A DNA stretch of 64,000 bases, from NCBI GenBank assembly GCA_028826165.1, contig JAPDFW010000142.1:55125-119124 (forward strand). Direction: 5' to 3'. The notes beneath the pieces are model-generated. The model ran no database searches. It had not been told where the DNA came from and saw only the letters and a list, made by a program, of their open reading frames with translations. This DNA is from Anaeramoeba ignava BMAN (taxonomy: Eukaryota > Protista > Anaeramoebae). A program made the position numbers and the translations under genes. This document shows, piece by piece, positions 24,201 through 37,468 of the stretch (position 1 is its first letter; each line of letters begins with the position of its first letter).

Positions 24201-27200
24201 TGGGAAGAACCTTCGAATAATGGAGCTTTGATTAATTATTACACTGTTTATGTTTGTGTAGAAGGATGCACTGATTGGACAGATTTGATAACAACAACAA
24301 CTTCAATCAATATAACAAATCTCGAGAGTGGAACATACGATATCAGAATATCAGCAGCAAATAGCCAAGGATCAGGAGAAGTATCACAAAATTTCACATT
24401 GAATACTCAACCAGCTCAAGTTCCTTTTCCAATAACAGATCTTTATAAACAAAGTGGAGATTCAACTTGGATTAATTTGATGTGGTCAGAACCAGAATCA
24501 GATGGAGGAATGCCAATTATTGCTTATGAAATCTCATACAGACAAATCAATGATTCTCAATATTATAACGAAACTAGTTATGTTACTCAATACAATTTAT
24601 CTGTTGCAACTGATACTTATTTGATTAAAGTTAGATCAAATAATTCTATTGGATACTCAAATTACAGCAACGAAATTAATGCTTCAACAACACAAACAGG
24701 TGTTCCTGGACAAGTAACAAATGTTTTTGCAAGTGATATCACATCAACAAGTTTTAATTTGACTTGGGATGCTGCAGATCCAAATGGAGATCCGATTCAA
24801 ACTTATATCATTTATTATCAATTTGATTCACAAAATTATTCTATCACACCAAATAATGATTCAACAACTTATTGGATGCATGATATTTTATCTGGAGCAT
24901 ATTCCATTCAGATCGCAGCTCAAAACATATATGGAACAGGATTGAGAAGTGATTTGTTAGATGTTCAAACACTGAATGCAACAACACCACTTCAAGTTCA
25001 GTCACTCACAGCAACTCAAAGCTCATCAATGCTTTCTGAATTATATGTGACTTGGCAACCACCTTTAGATAATGGAGGAAGCAGAATTACAGGATATTCA
25101 ATTTATTATGAATCAGAATCATATACAATAAATGATTCAGTATTAATTGGAAATTACACTGAATACACATTTAATAATGTTTTTGTCTCAAATTATATCG
25201 TTAACGTGACAGCTCAAAATGGAGTTGGACTTGGAGAAGTTGCAACAACACTTTGTATAACTGAAGCTACAGCACAAGTTCCATCTCAAGTTTTTTCACT
25301 TAAAAGAGATGATTATTCTCCATCAAGTATCACAATAGGTTGGCTTCCTCCTTTATACAATGGCGCACCTCTTTTGAACTATTATATCTCAGCAGAAAAA
25401 TTATATGATCTTATAGATAATTACAATTTGGAAGCTCAAAATGGTTATGGAAATATGATATACAATTACACTTTTCCAGCTCCAGATAATGATGATAGAG
25501 TTACATTTGTATGTGATGGATTATTTTCGGGAACATATGCTATTACTGTTTGGTCAGATAATTCTGTAGGAGAATCAGAAACATCACAAATTAGTACATC
25601 CACATTAAGTCCACAAGCACCAGCAAATGTTGAAGTTTTGAATGCGACTTCAGATTCACCAACTGAATTCGAACTTGAATGGGAACAACCTGATGCAGGA
25701 GGTTCTCCTATTATTGCTTATATGGTTAAATACATCTATAACGAAACAGGAGCAATAGGTTATGTTAATACTTCAAACAATGATACAACATTTAATGTTA
25801 CTGGATTGCTTTCAGGTTATTATTATGTAAGTATGAAGGCTTATAATAATATCGGCTCAAGTTCTGATTGGGGAATAGAAGTTGGAGTTGAAACATTATC
25901 TTCAATACTTCCAACAGAAGTTGTTAATTTAACAGGAACACCAAATCGAAATGAATTGATTATTGAATGGATTGAACCTGAATCAAATGGAGGAGCAGAA
26001 ATTGATTATTATAGAATTTCTTGGAATAACACAACATCATCAACATCATCAAAAATCCAAAAAATCCAAAAACAAGACATTTTAAAAAATTTAAAAACAA
26101 AAAATGAAAGAAAACAAGAAATCACAAATCTTCATCTACAAGATACTTCCACAAACATAACAAACACAACTTCTTTCACAATTACAGATCTTTTATACAC
26201 AACTGAATACAATGTTTATGTTGAACCACACAATGAAATAGGTTATGGAAATTCTGTTTCAATTTCTTTAACAACAGATTCACCAAATCCAAAAATAATT
26301 AGCAACATTTGGGCAGGAGAAATAACAAACACATCACTCAATATTGCATGGGAGCCAGAAGATACAGGAGAAGTTATTTACACACTTCTTTTGAATGAAA
26401 CCATTTCTTTTTCAGGAATCATGTCACCAGGTAAAAGAATTGATAACTTAGTGCCATATACAGATCAAACAATTCAAATCCAATCACAAATTGGTGAGTA
26501 TCAAAGTAACTTCAGCAATTCAGAAACTTTCAAAACATTAGCATCAATCCCATCACAAGTAACAGGATTGAAAGAGAAATCAACAAGCGATACTACATTA
26601 ACAATTCAATGGGATGCAGCAAATCCATATGGATCACCAATAAAATACTATATCATAGACAAGCAATCAAGCAAAGATTCAGGTCAAGAATTATCTTTTA
26701 CCACAGACATGACACTTGGTGATCTTTCAGCTTCAACAGAATACACAATCAAAATTTGTGCTATGAATGATATTGGAACAGGTTCTTGGAGTGAATCGAA
26801 AACAATCAAGACAAAATCAAGTAATAAAGTTGCATTGGGAGTTGGATTAGGAGTTTCTCTTGGAACTGTTGCCATTGTTGTTATTCTTGTTGTTGTTTAC
26901 AGGAAAAGAAAATTCAAAGTGAAACTTCCTCCTCCTCCTGATTTCACTCCTTATATGTTTGGAGATATTTACGATGCTGAATTCTCAAAAAAACAAAAAA
27001 AACAAATTTTCGAAATGGAAGAACTTCGCAAATTGATTATTCATCCTGACAAAAAAGTCATAAAATCTCTATTCAGTGTTATTCGTCCAGCTGATGCTGA
27101 TTCTCTTTGTCGAGCATTGATTTATCTTCTTGAAAGTGAATCACAAAACTTGGCACTTGAACTTATCAAAGAAATAATTGTTCAAGAAGTTGACTCGATA

Positions 27201-28124
27201 ACAGATCCAGGAACACTTTTCAGAAGTAATAGTTTTGCAAGTAAACTTCTTGCAATTTACTCTAAACTTTATGGACTTCCTTATCTTTACAAAACAATTG
27301 GAATTGAAATTTATCAAATTTGTGAAGAATTGACAAATCCAGTTGAAGTAAGTGAAGTCAAGTTGTTACAATCAAACAACAATAACAATAACAATAAGAA
27401 TCCTGAAGATAGTGATGATTCAACTGATAGAGAAATCAATTCAGTTGATGTCAACAGATGGAGATTACTTCTTTCAGCTCAAAAAGTTCTTTATCGAATA
27501 TCCAAGTCGTTGAAGTTTGTTCCTATTGAATTTAGAGAAGTTAGTCGATTACTCCAGAAAGGTGTAACTGAGAAGTTTCCAGAATCAAAAGACATTTCAG
27601 TTGGATCTTTCTTTTTCCTTCGATTTGTTTGTCCTGCTGTTACTGCACCTGAATCATATGGACTTGTGAGAAAAAAACCATCTGATAATGCAAGAAGACA
27701 TTTAGTTCTTATTGCAAAAACTCTACAGAATGTAGCTAATGGAAGTAATTTTAGAGAAGCTGGATTTGAAGATCTTTCAGTTTTTATTAGTACAAACAAA
27801 CAAAAAGCATATGATGTAAGGAAATTATTTACAATAAAAATAATATTTTTAATTATGATTTTAATATTTATTATAATTTTTATTTAGTTTTTTGACCTTC
27901 TTGCTTCACCTATTAATCGAGAAGATGATGATGAATTGAAACAAATTAAATATCCTCAAAATGTTGTTTTAAGTTCACTTGCAATTATTCATAGATATAT
28001 CTCTTTTAATAAAGACAGACTTTTTGAATATTTGGAAGAAAATGATAAAGAATTAAAAACCAAATTAGAACCAATGATTGAAAAAATTGGAGAACCTATT
28101 CGAAGAGAATTTACCAAAATTTAA
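21242..28124 (+). CDS. Single-pass receptor RasGAP, ~1913 aa: signal peptide, beta-helix-like region, Cys-rich (EGF/Eph-TNFR-like) region, ~12 FN3, TM, RasGAP
   Basis: Phase-consistent exons 21242-21632, 21868-22446, 23281-27815, 27888-28124. GGAIY repeats; CPSCVPGTFS/CYSCSPNTYN; WxxPxxNGGxxIxxY FN3 repeats; TM ~26830-26900 followed by RKRK; TLFRSNS, FFFLRFVCPA, IAKTLQNVAN. Confidence 0.9.
22460..23278. repeat. AAATATTAAAAT-type minisatellite filling intron 2 of the receptor RasGAP
   Basis: ~12-bp AT repeat between donor 22447 and acceptor 23280. Confidence 0.85.
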
Positions 28125-28397
28125 TTCAAATCAAAAATTTAATTCCAATTTTAATTCCAATTTTAATTTCAAATTTAATTCCAATTTTAATTTTAATTCC
28201 AATTTTAATTCCAATTTCAATTCCAATTTTAATTTTAATTCCAATTTTAATTTAAATTTTAATTTAAATTCCAATTCCAATTTTAATTCAAATTCCAATT
28301 CAATTCAATTCAAAATTCAATTTAAAATTTTCTCATTTGTTTTGTTTTTTTCTTTTGATTTTTGAAATCAATTCAAATAAAAACACAAAATTGAATT

Positions 28398-29127
28398 TAA
28401 TTTTTTAATTTTTCATTTATTTCTTTTTTTGATTATTTTTAAAGAATTTTCATCTAAATTTTCAATTAATAAAAGAATTGCTTGAAGAATATTTTGATTT
28501 GAATTTTGATTTTGATTTTGAATTTTGATTTAGATTTTGATTTTGATTTTGATTTTGATTTGAAAAATATTTAAAAGCTTCTATTCTTTCTTCTTCAGAA
28601 ATTTTTTGATCATCTAAATGAGTAATTTGAGGAAGTGAATATATAATAATTTTCCTAATTTTTTCATTTTAATTTTCATTTTAATTTTAATTTTGATTTT
28701 GATTTTAATTTTAATTTTGATTTTGGAATGTTTTTTTTACCGATAATTTTCATTAAAAAAACAAGGATTTTCTGATAACCATAAAATTTTTAAATTTTCA
28801 AGTTTAGATAAATATTTAATTTCATTTAAATCTTTTATTAAATTTTTCCTAATAAATAATTCTTCAAGTTTATCACAATATTGAAAATCTTTTAATGAAG
28901 TAATTTTATTTACACTTAAACTTAAAACTTTGATATTTTTTAATTTTTTAATTATTGAAATCTTTTTATTTTTTTTTTAAAATTAATTTCCTTTTTCCAT
29001 TTTTATATTTTATATTTTTTTTATTTACATCTTCTAAATCATTTCCCCATAAATCTAAATTAAAAATTTCTTCAAAAGTTTTACAATTTGGATTTTTATT
29101 AAAAATTATTTTGGAAGTTAAAACCAT
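28398..29127 (-). CDS. CFAP410: CFAP410/C21orf2-like LRR protein (3 exons; C-terminal motif 1 nt out of frame as assembled)
   Basis: Exons 29127-29029, 28961-28741, 28654-~28400 read LDLWGNDLEDIS…LSLSVNKI…LFIRKNLI…ILWLSENPC…YRKIIIYSLPQITHLDDQKI and NILQAILLLIENLD. Not in the ORF track. Confidence 0.82.
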
Positions 29128-29439
29128 TAATAATAAAATAAAATTTAATTTAATAAGAAAAAAATGATTTCCAAAAAATTTTTAATTTTAATTTTAATTT
29201 TAATTTTAATTTTAATTTTAATTTTTAATTTTATAAATGAATTTTAATTTTAATTATAATTTTATAAATGAATTTTAATTTTAATTAGAATTTTAATTTT
29301 AATTTTAATTTTAATTTTAATTTTAATTTTGATTTTGATTTTAATTTTAATTTGAATTTTAATTTTAATTATAATTTTATAAATGAATTTTAATTTTAAT
29401 TTTAATTTTAATTTTAATTTTAATAATTTTGAATTTAAA

Positions 29440-32400
29440 TCATTTATCCATATTTCTTGAATTCAAAATAGATTCAATCCATTGCTCCATTGATTTTCCA
29501 TCAGTTACAAAAGCATTTTGAATTTTATTTTCACCAGTATAAACAAGAATAACATTTTTTCTTTTAAATAAAAGAGAATCAGCTTTTTCTGCTTTAATAT
29601 TATGATTTAAAGAAAGAACAAAAATTGGTTTATCTGAAGCAGAAATGGGTTGATGCTTAAACAAAGCAAAATAATTTCCTTTAATCATTAAATAACGCTT
29701 TTTAAAAGCTTTACTTTCAGATGAAAATAAAACCCAACCTTCTTGAACTGTTGGTTTTGTCCAATTTTCACTCCATTCTTTTAATAATTCATTTCTTGTT
29801 TTTATTTTTGTATTTGATTTGATTTGATTTTGTTCTATTGGTTGTATTTTTTTCTCATTTTCTTTTTCATTGATATTTTCCTTTCCAAAAAATTCATTGG
29901 TATTTAAATTGCTTTGATTTGATTTTAAATTTTCAAATTCGAAATTTTGTTCTGATTCTGTTTTTCCCAAAAAAGTTTGAGTTTTTTGATATTCTGTTAA
30001 TTCAGCTTTTAAGTGTTCGAAAGCTTTATTAACCAAAAATAAATCTTTTGACAAATCTTCCAATTTTGGTTCTAATTGTTGAATTTTTTGCAGTCCTGTT
30101 TTTGGGAAAAATTCTATATTGACTCGGTAAAATCCTTGAATAAAAGTTGTCATCTCATTAATAAATCCAGGATAATCAATTGATTCCTTTATGATTTGTT
30201 TTAATGAAGTAAAAATATGACAAGCTTGAATTGGATCATTTTCTTTTGGTGGATTTAAAATGAATTTTGGGATTTTTAACTTTTCTAAATCGATTGAAGA
30301 ATCATCCTTTTATATTTTTTTTAAATAATTTTTTTAAATTAAATTTTGAAATTAAATTGAATTAAATATTGAAATTAAATTGAAATGAATATTGAAATAA
30401 ATATTGAAATTTAAAATTGAAATGAATATTGAAATTTAAAATTGAAATGAATATTGAAATTTAAAATTGAAATGAATATTGAAATTAAATTGTTTTGAAA
30501 TTAAATTGTTTTGAAATTAAATTGAAATGAATATTGAAATGAATATTGAAATAAATATTGAAATTTAAAATTGAAATAAATATTGAAATTTAAAATTGAA
30601 ATGAATATTGAAATTAAAAATTGAAATTAAATTGAAATTAATATTGAAATGAATTGTTTTGAAATTGAATTAAAATTAAATTTTGAAATTAAATTAAAAT
30701 GAATATTGAAATTAATTGAAGAATCATCCTTTTATATTTTTTTTAAATAATTTTTTAAATGAATATTGAAATTTTGAAATGCTTTTATATCTCTTTCTTT
30801 TAATACAGATATTTCATTCACAAATCGAGATCTAGCTAAAAAATTCCCAATAATATCTTCATTAATTGGTTGCATATGAATTCTATTCGTCCCAAAAGTA
30901 ATTCCATTCGATAAAGCTTGAATAATTGTTGATAATAATAAAAGACCACGTTGAGCTTTTGCAGGAAATTCTCCTGAAAATTAAAATAAAATTAAAATTA
31001 AATTTCCAACAAATTCTTCAAAAAAGAAATAATGATTTTATAATTAAATAAAATTAATCTACCATCTTTTAATTTAAATGTTTTTGGCGAAACCATTGCT
31101 GGACAAATAAACCTTAAAAATATAAATCCTCCAACTGCAGATATAACATTATCAGGAAATCTACACATGACTTCCCTTTTCAAACAACCTGAAATTACCC
31201 GAAAACCATCGGGAACATGTTCTGTTGAATTAAATATTGCTTGCAGAAATTTATCCAAAAAATTTTTCACATTCTGAATATTATCTTGAATTTTTTCACC
31301 CTTTTCAAGTTGAAAAGGATCCATTTCAAATGATAATTTTGAATCAATTAATTCTTGTGTTACAGAAAAAAGAGCTTTCCCTAAATAATCATTTCCATAT
31401 AAAACAGCATATTTTGTCATTAATTTGGTTGATATATTATTCGAGCGAAATAGAGATCCTGCTGTTTGTGTTCTTAAAACTTCATAAATAATTGTGAATT
31501 TGATAAAAGGAAGTATGATTCCAAGTTGTTCCAACAAATTAAATAACGCATTTGAAACTGCTTCTAGTGATTCTCTGCAATTATTTGGATCAATTGCTGC
31601 TGACAAATATCGAATATATTCTTCACTTAAATATTCTCCTAAAATTGCATTTCCTTTTTCACAAGATTCCAAAAATTCGTTATTTTGTTCTTTCTGGAAT
31701 TTTTCAATTGATTCTTGAGTTAATTTCTTTGATTCTTCAGAAATTAGATTATCAACAATCATTTTTAGTGTTGGTCCTAATGAAATTTTGAGTGATTTTT
31801 CAATGATTGATTTTACTTGCTTGATTTTTTTTTCCAAAAACAAAATTAATTATAATTTTTTTTTTTGATAAATATAATAAAAAAATCATTTACAGATTCC
31901 TTTGCAGAAAAATTGATAATTTTTAAAACTTGATTAATTTCATCTTCAATTTTTTTGAAATCTAAATATCCAAATAGATATAGTTCAAGTATTTGAAATA
32001 TTCCATATTTAATTGTTTCTATTTTGAGATCTAAAAATAAATCAATCAAAAAAAAAAAAGAAAAAAAGAATTAAATGTATATTTTTTCTTTATCATCATC
32101 TTAAATGTTACCATCAGCTCCAATTTCTTCAAATTTAGGTTGAATAATTTCTTCAAATAGTAAATTATTTAAATTTTGTTTGAATATTTTTGAAAATAGA
32201 TAATAATGAAATAAAGATTCAACTGCAAAATATTGTTCACTTCTTGTATCCACAAAAATTCCCAATTCAATAAGAAGATTTTTCAATGAATTTAGAGTAA
32301 AAATTATACTAAGATTATCCGTCATTTTAAAAATTATTTCTTTGATAGATTTCACTTTCTCTTGACTAATATTTCTTGGGCTGTGTGAGTCAAGAATAGT

Positions 32401-35400
32401 AACTACTCCACCCAATAAAATTTCTTCAGATATTTTTTCAATAAAATCCTGATTTTTTTTAATTTAAATTTATTTTTTAATTTATTTTTTTTATCTTGCA
32501 TTTCCTTTTCTTAAAATATTTACAAGTTTTTGAGAATTAATAGATTTAATTTGCTGAATAATTCTTAAAATTGAATCAAGCCCTTTATCTGTAATTGGAT
32601 ATGATTGTGAAATATTTTCCAAGATGTTGTTCAATTTGGTTTTTAATTGCCCATATCTTGAAATGACATTTTCAGTTAAATTTGAAAAAGTAAGAAGTGA
32701 AATTTGTTCCACTTTTTTTTGAGGTTTTAATTTTCTTGAATCCACTTTTTTTCTCAAGTTTTTTTGAAGGATTTCTGTAACTGAATCAAAGTGGTCAACT
32801 TTTGTATTGATAATTCCATTCACTTCTTGAACTAAATTTGGAATTTCGTCTCCAAATTTTTTTTCCTGCTCAAATTGTTGGCTGATATAATCTGGAATTT
32901 GTATTTTGGGTTGGTTTGCATCGAAAGTTTTTTGTGGATATTTTACAACATTTTCTGTTGATGTTCGAATTCTTTCTGGAATTTGAAAATTTTCATCATT
33001 AAAATCACTTGAAATATCAGAATCATTAAAGTCATTAAAATTATCAAAATCATCCAAATTATCCAAATTATCCAAATTATCCAAATTATCCAAATTATCA
33101 AAATTATTATTATTATTATTGTTGATAAAGAATCTCGTATTTTCAACACTTTCTTGTGAATTTTCCCTAGTTGATAAATAATTTTCAGATTGAAATGGAT
33201 TTTGAAAATTTTGTGAATCTTGATAAGGAAAATTTGTGTTGTAATAATTTTTAAAATAATCATGTTTGCTATTTGGTCGATATTGTGTAAAACTTCTCAC
33301 TGGTTCATGTGGAAATTTTTGAAATGGAGTATTTTCATTTGATTTTTTTAATGTAAATGTATCTGAAAATTCTCTTGGAAAATCATTATCTGAGAATAAA
33401 TTTCTTTTAGACTTAGAAACAAATAAATGTTCAAAGATGATAATTTTTTTATTATGAATTAATTATTTTTATTTTTATTTTTCTTTTTCTTTTACAGGAA
33501 TATAAACAGAAGATATTTGTTTTCTTGAGTTTCTTGGACTTTTTAAATCTAATGATGAAGTTAAAGTTGATTCTTTAAAATTTGGTTTCCAAACAAATAA
33601 ATAAGCAAGAAATTTTTGGATTTCAATTGAATTTCCCTTTTAAATGAATAATGATTTTTTTAGGTTATTATTGATTTAAATTTTTTGATTGATTTTTCAA
33701 ATAAAACTACTTCAGCAATATCCACAGGTTTACAAAAATATGAATTAAAAGTTGTTTTTTTGAATAAATCTAAGAATATTTTTGCTCTTTTTAATAAATC
33801 TTTTTCTTCTAAGCAACGAGAAAAATCAGTTGTTGGAGTTAATTCTTTTGCAATTTTACACAATATTTGGCAATTCTGTTTTTAAATTTTTGAATAAATT
33901 TTTTAAATATTTAAATTTTTAAATAAATTTTTAAATTTCTTTTTAAATTTCTTTTTAAATTTCTTTTTAAATTTCTTTTTAAATTTCTTTTTAAATTTCT
34001 TTTTAAATTTCTTTTTAAATTTCTTTTTAAATTTCTTTTTAAATTTCTTTTTAAATTTGATTATAAATATAATTATAAATTTAATTATAAATATAATTTA
34101 TAAATATAATTTTAAATATAATTTTAAATATAATTATAAATTTAATTATAAATTTAATTATAAATTTAATTATAAATTTAATTATAAATTTAATTATAAA
34201 TTTAATTATAAATTTAATTATAAATTTAATTATAAATTTAATTATAAATTTAATTATAAATATAATTATAAATTTAATTATAAATTTAATTATAAATTTA
34301 ATTATGAATTTAATTATAAATATAATTATAAATATAAATTTAATTATAAATTTTAAATATAAAATAAAATATAAATTTAATTATAAATTTAATTATAAAT
34401 ATAATTATAAATTTAATTATAAATTTAATTATAAATTTAATTATAAATATAATTATAAATTTAATTATAAATTTAATTATAAATTTAATTATAAATTTAA
34501 TTATAAATTTAATTATAAATTTAATTATAAATTTAATTATAAATATAATTATAAATTTAATTATAAATTTAATTATAAATTTAATTATAAATTTAATTAT
34601 AAATTTAATTATAAATTTAATTATAAATTTCTTTTTAAATTTCTTTTAAATTTCTTTTAAATTTCTTTTTAAATTTAAATTTTTTTAAATTTCTTTTTAA
34701 ATTTAATTATAAATTTAATTAAATTTAATTATAAATTTAATTATAAATATAATTATAAATTTCTTTTTAAATTTCTTTTTAAATTTCTTTTTAAAATTTT
34801 TTAAATATAATTTTTTAAATTTCTTTTATAAATTTAAATTAATATAAATTTGATTATAAATTTATAATTATAAATTTAATTATAAATTTCTTGTTAAATT
34901 TAATTATAAATTTAATTATAAATTTAATTATAAATTTAATTATAAATTTAATTATAAATATAATTATAAATTTAAATATAAATATAATTATAAATATAAT
35001 TATAAATTTAATTATAAATATAATTATAAATATAATTATAAATTTAATTATAAATTTGATTATAAATATAATTATAAATTTAATTATAAATTTGATTATA
35101 AATATAATTATAAATATAATTATAAATTTCTTGTTAAATTTCTTTTTAAATTATAATTATAAATTTAATTATAAATTTAATTATAAATTTAATTATAAAT
35201 TTAATTATAAATATAATTATAAATATAATTATAAATTTAATTATAAATTTAATTATAAATATAATTATAAATTTGATTATAAATTTGATTATAAATTTAA
35301 TTATAAATTTAATTATAAATTTAATTATAAATTTTATTATAAATTTAATTATAAATTTTATTATAAATTTAATTATAAATTTAATTATAAATTTAATTAT

Positions 35401-35803
35401 AAATTTAATTATAAATTTAATTATAAATTTAATTATAAATTTAATTATAAATTTAATTATAAATTTATAATAAAATTAATTATAAATTTAATTATAAATT
35501 TAATTATAAATTTAATTATAAATTTGATTATAAATTTCTTGTTAAATTTCTTGTTAAATTCGTTATAAATTTCTTGTTAAAAATTCGTTATAAATTTTAA
35601 TTTTCTCAAACTTTAAAATCTTTATCAAAATTATGAATCTTTTCTAAATATCCAGCTTGTTTAAGTTGATAATTAACCCAACGTTTTAAAAGTTTATCTG
35701 ATTCAAGATCTTTAATTTTTTCATTAGGAAATTTTTTTAAAATATCTGTTGAAGAATTAAAAACAACTCTTAATAAAATTCTACGCACTTCTGAAAATGA
35801 CAT
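29440..35803 (-). CDS. Multi-exon calponin-homology plus RasGAP plus PH domain protein
   Basis: LLKRWVNYQLKQAG…IHNFDKD (CH); SLFRSNNISTKLMT and FIFLRFICPAMVSP (RasGAP); VQEGWV…FKKRYLMIKG…MEQWIESI (PH). Intron 1 ~33876-35611. Several internal junctions not fully resolved. Confidence 0.8.
33900..35600. repeat. 12-bp TTATAAATTTAA / TTTCTTTTTAAA minisatellite filling intron 1 of the CH-RasGAP-PH gene
   Basis: Long runs of aatttaattata; source of the spurious NYKF/INLI ORFs. Confidence 0.9.
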
Positions 35804-35980
35804 TTTAATTAAAATTAAAGAAAAAAGAAAAATGAAAAATGAAAAAGATTTTTTAATTAAATTTTTTTATTTAAAGAAATGATTAATTATTTGAAGAAAT
35901 TAATCAAATTTGTGTTTTTATTTTTTATCCGATTTCTTGTTTTTGTAAATTTTTTTTTAATTATTTAATTATTTAATTAT

Positions 35981-37468
35981 TTAATTATTTTCTTGGAATA
36001 GAATTCTTCTAATTTCAGGTAAAAGATTATCAAAAGCTAAAAGAAGTCGATTATCTAAAGTATTTGAACAAACAATTCTTCCATTTGCAGAATTTAATAC
36101 AATTCCACCAGAACTAATCAATAAAGATTAAATAAATATTTCTTTAATAAATAAATTTTGAATTTTTATTTTTATATAAAATTTTTACCATGAGGGATTT
36201 TTGGATCCTTTTTCTGGAGGTGGTGGTAAATAACTACTTTTTAAAAGTGTAACTTCACATTTTTTTGTTGTTAATTTTTGAAATTCTTCTGATGCCCATG
36301 GAATTGCTTCTTTAACAAGTTTTACATCACATTCTCTGCATTGAATTATTACTTTTGTTTCCATTAATTTAATTAATCCCTAATTTTTAATTTTCAATTT
36401 AATTTTATAAATGAATTTTAATTTTAATTTTAGTTTTAATTTTAATTTTAATTTTAATTTTGATTTTAATTTTTAATTTTAATTTTAATTTTGATTTTAA
36501 TTTTAATTTTAATTTTAATTTTAATTTTATAAATGAATTTTAATTTTGATTTTAATTTTATAAATGAATTTTTAATTTTAATTTGTTTAAATTTAAATTT
36601 TAATTTTAATTTTAATTTTAATTTTAATTTTAATTTTAATTTTGATTTTAATTTAAATTTAAATTTAAATTTAATTTTAATTTTAATTTTAATTTTCAAT
36701 TTAATTTTAATTTTAATTTTAATTTTAATTTTTGATTATAATTTTAATTTTAATTTTAATTTTGATTTTAATTTTAATTTTAATTTTGATTTTAATTTAA
36801 ATGAATTTTAATTTTAATTGGGATTTGTTCATTTTCCCATTAATTAAATAAATAATTAATTAATTAATTTATTAATTAATTAATTAATTAATTAAATAGT
36901 TTGTTTATTTGTTTTGGTTTTTTTCAAAAATAAATTATTTATAATTATAAAAAAAAGGATGAATCATTATAAAAAAAATATTTGAAATGAATAAAAAAAT
37001 GGTAAAAATTAAAAATAATATAAAAATTTACTTGTAAAATTAATTTTTTTAAAAGATTTAAATATTTTTCATCAGATTCTGTAAGTTTAATAATTTTTTT
37101 ATGAGCTTCCAATAAAATTTGTTGAACATATTTATACTTAGATTCTAAAATCTTAATTCTTGATAAATTAATTACACTTGATTGAGTTCTATTTAAAAAA
37201 AAATTTTTCAAATTAAAAAAATTTTATTCTATTTTGTTTGTTTTTGTTTTTTTGCTTTTTATTTTTACATCTTTTTTTGCATTTCAACTTGTTTTTTTCT
37301 TCTTTGAAATTCTTCTTGAACTTTTTGTGATTCTTCATCAATAGATTTTTTTTTTTCAATTTCAAATTGTTCATTTGCTAAAATTCTAATTTCTTCCATT
37401 CTTTCTCTTGCTTCAAAAATTATTGAAGCAGTCATTTTTTCAATATCTTCTTGACTATTTGAACTCAT
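35981..37468 (-). CDS. ATP6V1E: V-type H+-ATPase V1 subunit E, multi-exon
   Basis: IEKMTASIIFEARERMEEI…NEQFEIEK, INLSRIKIL, YLNLLKKLILQ, GGIVLNSANGRIVCSNTLDNRL…LLPEIRRILF, stop at 35983-35981. Confidence 0.9.

Noticed and set aside
34057-36811. NYKF/INLI/KIKI/NFNF ORFs
   Set aside because: They lie within repeat-filled introns of the CH-RasGAP-PH and V-ATPase E genes.
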